64,000 bases of DNA from Methanomethylovorans hollandica DSM 15978 (GTDB lineage Archaea; Halobacteriota; Methanosarcinia; Methanosarcinales; Methanosarcinaceae): contig NC_019977.1 in assembly GCF_000328665.1 (NCBI RefSeq), positions 1,240,001-1,304,000 on the forward strand, in the 5' to 3' direction. This document shows positions 59,302 to 64,000 of this stretch, one piece after another. The notes below the pieces were generated by a model, which did not search any database, had not been told where the DNA came from, and worked only from the letters and a program-made list of their open reading frames with translations. Numbering within the stretch: position 1 is the stretch's first letter; every line of letters begins with the position of its first letter. The translations under genes were made by a program, and so were the position numbers.

Positions 59302-60906
59302 ATGACTAAATTTGAGAGTTTCAAAGCATTCAATCTATCCCAGAGCATGCTGGATGTTCTGGAAAAGAAAGGTTTTTTCAAGCCCACTCCCATCCAGATA
59401 CATGTGATCCCTCCCCTAATGAAAGGAGACAGGGATATTATCGGTCAGGCGCAAACAGGTACAGGCAAGACTGCTGCATTTGGCATACCCATTATTGAGA
59501 AACTGAAAGCAAATACAGGTTCCATACAGGCTTTAGTCCTCACCCCTACAAGAGAACTGGCACTTCAGGTGTCTTTAGAACTTGAATCTCTCAAAGGTGA
59601 TAAGGACATTACAGTAGTGCCTTTATATGGTGGCCAGACTATCAAGAACCAGCTTAAAATATTAAAATCCGGAGCCGACATAGTGGTAGGTACTCCGGGA
59701 AGGATTATCGACCATCTGAAAAAAGGGAACATAAAACTGGATTCGATCTCCTATCTTGTACTTGATGAAGCTGATGAAATGCTTAACATGGGTTTCATAG
59801 AAGAAGTTAAGGAGGTCTTCAGGAGCACAAATGAGAACAAGCAAATGCTGCTTTTCTCAGCAACCATGCCCACTCCTATACTAAAGCTCGCTAAAAAGCA
59901 CATGAGGAACCATGACTTTGTTTCGGTGTCACAGGACGACCTCATTGCAGAGTTCACTGATCAGGTCTACTTGGAACTTGCGGAAGAGCAAAAGTTTGAG
60001 GCTTTATGCAGGCTTATAGACATAAACTATGGTTTTTACGGGCTTGTCTTCTGTAATACTAAAAGTGATACAATTGACATATCCCGGAGACTGACTGAAA
60101 GAGGCTATGCTGCTGATGCTCTTAATGGGGATCTTACCCAGGATCAGAGGGAAGGCATTCTTAAGAAGTTCAGAACCCAGGGGCTCAATATTCTTGTGGC
60201 TACAGATGTAGCTGCAAGAGGAATAGACGTATTGGAACTCACTCATGTGATCAATTATTCCTTACCTCAGGATGCCGAGTCCTATGTCCACAGGATAGGC
60301 CGCACAGGCAGAGCCGGAAAACAGGGTACTGCGATCACATTTGTTACCCCCGCTGATTCAAGACGGTTCGAATCTTTCGTAAGAACTGCAAATGCTGATG
60401 TCAGGAAGGAAAAGCTGCCATCTGCAAAAGAGGTTGTAACTGCCCGTACTAAAAATTTTAAATATGATGTCGGAGAGATCATCAAAACCGGAGAGTACCA
60501 GGATTTCCTGAAAATGGCGAACGAACTGCTGGACAGACACCAAGCCAGTACTGTGGTTGCGTCCCTTCTTAAATATTATTTCCAGAATACTCTGAAAGAA
60601 GAGCATTATCCTGAACCTGATGCCGACAGTTCAAAGGCAGATACTGGAAAGATACGACTTTTTGTAGCCATAGGCGATTATGAAGGTATGACCCCTGAAA
60701 AAATGCCAGAGTTCCTGAGCAGGGAATCAGGTATAAATGATCTGCAACTTGAGACCATTGAAGTGTTCTCCAAGTTCTCTTTTATCACAGTTTCAAAAAA
60801 TCAGGCTGATATGCTGCTTAAGAGATTTGCCGATATGAGAAAACGGAACCGGCCCTTCGTGGAACTGGCAATGAACAGTAATGTAAGGGATAACAGGAAG
60901 AAATAA
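59302..60906 (+). CDS. DEAD-box RNA helicase (DeaD/CshA-like) with C-terminal DbpA-like domain
   Basis: Q motif PTPIQ, AQTGTGKT, PTRELA, TPGR, DEAD, SAT, ARGID, HRIGRTGRAG. Confidence 0.95.
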   Translation: MTKFESFKAFNLSQSMLDVLEKKGFFKPTPIQIHVIPPLMKGDRDIIGQAQTGTGKTAAFGIPIIEKLKANTGSIQALVLTPTRELALQVSLELESLKGDKDITVVPLYGGQTIKNQLKILKSGADIVVGTPGRIIDHLKKGNIKLDSISYLVLDEADEMLNMGFIEEVKEVFRSTNENKQMLLFSATMPTPILKLAKKHMRNHDFVSVSQDDLIAEFTDQVYLELAEEQKFEALCRLIDINYGFYGLVFCNTKSDTIDISRRLTERGYAADALNGDLTQDQREGILKKFRTQGLNILVATDVAARGIDVLELTHVINYSLPQDAESYVHRIGRTGRAGKQGTAITFVTPADSRRFESFVRTANADVRKEKLPSAKEVVTARTKNFKYDVGEIIKTGEYQDFLKMANELLDRHQASTVVASLLKYYFQNTLKEEHYPEPDADSSKADTGKIRLFVAIGDYEGMTPEKMPEFLSRESGINDLQLETIEVFSKFSFITVSKNQADMLLKRFADMRKRNRPFVELAMNSNVRDNRKK

Positions 60907-60948
60907 ACTGCCTATGGCGACTCAGATCCCATCTTGTCAGAAAATTTT

Positions 60949-62052
60949 TTAGTAACTTTTTTCTTTATACTCCCTGAGTTTTCGGGGACTGACTTGCATT
61001 CCTTTGTATTTTTTCTTTTCAAGTCTTTTCAGTCCTATTTCTGTCTTTTCTGACTGGAATGCAAGTTCTGCATTCAATTTATGGTAACTGTCCACTCTTT
61101 CCTTTGCAATGCTTCCTTCCTGGACTGCTTTTTGGACCGCACACCCCGGTTCCTGATCATGTGTACAGTCTTTGAAACGACACTTTTCAGCTACTCTGAC
61201 AATATCAAAAAAAGCTTTTTCTAACCCATCGTAACTATCCCCGAGCTGGATCTCCCGGATACCCGGATTATCAATAATTACTCCTCCGTTTGGTAGCAGG
61301 AATAATTGCCTTACTGTGGTTGTATGTCTACCTTTTTCATCATCTTCCCGGATATCCTTTGTTTTCTGGACAGATTCATCAAATAATGCGTTTATCAGTG
61401 TGGATTTTCCAACACCTGATGATCCTACAAGTGCCACAGTTTTACCTGGCGCAATATAATTCTCAAGTTTATCCAGACCTGCTTTTGAAAGGGCACTGAT
61501 AGCAATAACAGGAACATCACCTGCAATAGTTCTTATTTTATCAACAGCTTCAGTGGGTTTATCTGTAAGGTCTGCCTTATTCAGTACAATTACCGGTTTT
61601 GCACCCGATGCATATACAACCGTGAGGTAGCGTTCAATTCTTCGCAGGTTAAGGTCTTTTCCTGTTGCTGTTATAATAAAAATAGTATCTATATTTGCAG
61701 CAATTACCTGCTCTTCATTGTTATCGCCTGCAGCGCCTCTTGAAAGACATGTTTTTCGGGGTAAGACATTGACTATTATGTAAGAATTAATTTCTTCCTG
61801 GTTAAGCAAAACAACAAAATCGCCCACTACAGGCTGTTTACCAATTCGTAAAAGTGCACCGGATAATCCGGCTTTGATGATGGTGCCTGAAATGAGAACT
61901 TCCCAGTTGGTTTTATGTCTTGACACAATTCTTCCGGCTATGTACGGATCTTTGTAGACAGAAAAAGCTGATTCAAGTGCTTCATCCCATCCCGGAATTG
62001 TTGTCTTGTCAGCAAGATCTGAACATATTGGAAGTGAAGGCATATATATCAA
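60949..62052 (-). CDS. rsgA: Ribosome small subunit-dependent GTPase A (circularly permuted)
   Basis: [47 protein letters not shown]. Confidence 0.92.
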   Translation of the reverse strand: MIYMPSLPICSDLADKTTIPGWDEALESAFSVYKDPYIAGRIVSRHKTNWEVLISGTIIKAGLSGALLRIGKQPVVGDFVVLLNQEEINSYIIVNVLPRKTCLSRGAAGDNNEEQVIAANIDTIFIITATGKDLNLRRIERYLTVVYASGAKPVIVLNKADLTDKPTEAVDKIRTIAGDVPVIAISALSKAGLDKLENYIAPGKTVALVGSSGVGKSTLINALFDESVQKTKDIREDDEKGRHTTTVRQLFLLPNGGVIIDNPGIREIQLGDSYDGLEKAFFDIVRVAEKCRFKDCTHDQEPGCAVQKAVQEGSIAKERVDSYHKLNAELAFQSEKTEIGLKRLEKKKYKGMQVSPRKLREYKEKSY

Positions 62053-62150
62053 GAATTCTTTTCCGGGTATCCTTAAGTAATTTGCGGCAGATTATTTTAA
62101 ACCCAATTTGACATATGCCTAGACCAAAAGAACTTTAATATATTTTCATC

Positions 62151-62390
62151 ATGTCCCTTTATGGTAACATAATCAATCCAGATGACCTTCTTGATGTACA
62201 GATGGAACTTGCTGACATTTCCCGCGAAGGTGGTACCCTTTTTGTCAAAGAATATAGGATAAGAACAAAGTCAGGAGAGCAGAGGTGGGTGGAAGAGCAG
62301 ACGTTCATCCAGCGTAACGATGCAGGAATTGTGACCCATTACCAGGGTGTCATCCAAGATATTACAGCAAGAAAGAAAAGCGGAAACTAA
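62151..62390 (+). pseudogene. Orphan half-PAS (PAC) fragment
   Basis: IINPDD..EYRIRTKSG..RWV..YQGVIQDIT.RK, matching only the C-terminal half of the first PAS domain of the kinase at 11178-13694. Confidence 0.55.
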
Positions 62391-62465
62391 ATGAAATATT
62401 CAAAAACTTGTCTGATCTCTTAAGCCTAAAACTTCCTAATAGGCACTTTTAGACACTGTGTGTCC

Positions 62466-63494
62466 CTAGTTATGATTTGCTACATACTCTTCGTGGAACA
62501 TCCTGACAACCAGCAGGAAATAAGATAGCAAAAGCGGCCCCACCACCAAACCAATGAGTCCGAACAGGTTGATACCAATGATAATACCCAGCAGAGAGAT
62601 CATGGGATGAAGGGAACCAAGTTTTTTTTGAATGAACGGCCTTACAAAGTTGTCCATGGTACTTACCAGAATTCCTGCAATGAGAATACCCACTGCAGCA
62701 AAGTAATCTTGCTGAAGGAGCTGGATAATGACTGCAGGAATCCATACGACCGTGGCGCCTACTAGGGGGATGAAGGACAAAAGCGCTGCAAGAGCACCCC
62801 AGAGGATTGCACCCTGTATACCCAGCAAGAGAAAGGCTACAGTGAGCAGCCCTCCCTGGATAATAGCTATAATGAGGGAAGAAACAAGAGTGGTTTTGAC
62901 GATCACTCTGAACTCTTCCAGAAGTTTGTCAGAATTTTCCCTGTTGAAGGGAATAGCTGAATATACACTCTTCACAAAATCCGAATCTTCTTCTGTGAAA
63001 AGATAATACAAAAGGAAGGACATTATAGTGAATTCTATTAAACGCTGGCCTATACTTTGTACCGCACTAAGCAGCATCACACTACTATAATTGGCAATGG
63101 CAGAAGCCACTTCTATGACCTTTGTCTTTATATCAAGATTTATAGGCAATTGTTCAAGATGCAGGTTCTCCAGGAAACTGCGCACAACTTCAGCATAGAT
63201 AGGAATGGAGTTGATATACTGTAAAACGTTCTGTATTTCCGTGGCTATGGTAGATATCAGGAAATATAAAGGCACCAGTATGAGAACGAAGGATAGGAAA
63301 ATGGTCATAAGAGCGGAAATGCTTCTTGATAAATGACCCCTCCTGACCATAAAATGATATAAGGGACGCAGGATTACAAAGATTATGAATGCTCCCAGGA
63401 ATGCATTGATATATGGCAACAGAGCATGTATAAGCACAGCTGCGAGCACAGCCAACATCAAAAGCGCCATTGCCATCTTAAAGGGGCGTTCCAT
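62466..63494 (-). CDS. AI-2E family transporter
   Basis: LRPLY, IQG, SFIPLVG, DNFVRP, LHP, FGLIGLVVGP. Confidence 0.9.
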   Translation of the reverse strand: MERPFKMAMALLMLAVLAAVLIHALLPYINAFLGAFIIFVILRPLYHFMVRRGHLSRSISALMTIFLSFVLILVPLYFLISTIATEIQNVLQYINSIPIYAEVVRSFLENLHLEQLPINLDIKTKVIEVASAIANYSSVMLLSAVQSIGQRLIEFTIMSFLLYYLFTEEDSDFVKSVYSAIPFNRENSDKLLEEFRVIVKTTLVSSLIIAIIQGGLLTVAFLLLGIQGAILWGALAALLSFIPLVGATVVWIPAVIIQLLQQDYFAAVGILIAGILVSTMDNFVRPFIQKKLGSLHPMISLLGIIIGINLFGLIGLVVGPLLLSYFLLVVRMFHEEYVANHN

Positions 63495-63616
63495 ACGTGG
63501 TATTATGCACGAATAGTATAAAATAGTAACAGTTAGCCTGAAATAATTTGACTAAAAATAGTTGCATTGGAATAGAAATAAAGGAACGCAGAACACTGCG
63601 ATCCTTATGATGCGGT

Positions 63617-64000
63617 TTATTTGCTTTTTTCCTCCGTTTCCAGTACTTTCATAGTGATCTTCATGACAGAATCGGGATTAAGGGATATGGAGTCTATGCC
63701 TTCCTTTACAAGGAACTCTGCAAATTCCGGATAATCGCTGGGTGCCTGGCCACATAGTCCACTATGCTTTCCATTGCGTTTAGCTCCCTGTATTGCCATG
63801 GAGACAATTTTCATAACACCAGGATCCCTTTCGTCAAAGGAGGTGGCAAGGATCTCAGAATCCCTGTCAACTCCCAGGGTAAGCTGGGTAAGATCATTGG
63901 AGCCTATGGAGAAACCATCGAAGTACTTGCTGAACTCGTCCACGAGCAGGATGTTGTTAGGTATCTCGCACATGACATAGACCTGCAGATCGTTCTCTCC
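63617..64000 (-). CDS. ppsA: Phosphoenolpyruvate synthase, C-terminal part (partial)
   Basis: [45 protein letters not shown]. Confidence 0.95.
   Translation of the reverse strand, partial: GENDLQVYVMCEIPNNILLVDEFSKYFDGFSIGSNDLTQLTLGVDRDSEILATSFDERDPGVMKIVSMAIQGAKRNGKHSGLCGQAPSDYPEFAEFLVKEGIDSISLNPDSVMKITMKVLETEEKSK

Overview
Archaeal chromosomal window from a methylotrophic methanogen of the Methanosarcinaceae (inferred from TFB, Gar1, aIF-1A, FEN1, RamA, Mts-type and MEDS/GAF kinase genes; the genus cannot be fixed from this window). Left (1-13.7 kb): a minus-strand methyl-transfer cluster (MsmS/RdmS-like sensor lacking the H-box His, Msr-type regulator, MtsD/F/H-type corrinoid:methyltransferase fusion, HyuA-like ATPase, divergent chaperonin, MtaA-family MT2, RamA), with a shared 46-bp promoter motif upstream of mts and ramA. 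Middle (13.9-25.4 kb): an AT-rich accessory island with IS remnants, a SIR2-TPR-like gene converging on a Nudix hydrolase, three copies of a 30-bp inverted-repeat motif, a tyrosine integrase whose ORF spans a full duplicate of tRNA-Thr(CGT), a structured non-coding region and a membrane-anchored Mrr-nuclease/10xTPR gene. This island is the best candidate for undescribed defence biology. Right (25.4-64 kb): housekeeping genes, a Wzm/Wzt surface-glycan locus with a repeat-expanded coiled-coil methyltransferase, a membrane protein with a (NH)n microsatellite and an RNA/ribosome cluster. No CRISPR array or rRNA was seen. All calls come from motif reading by eye; no database searches were run.
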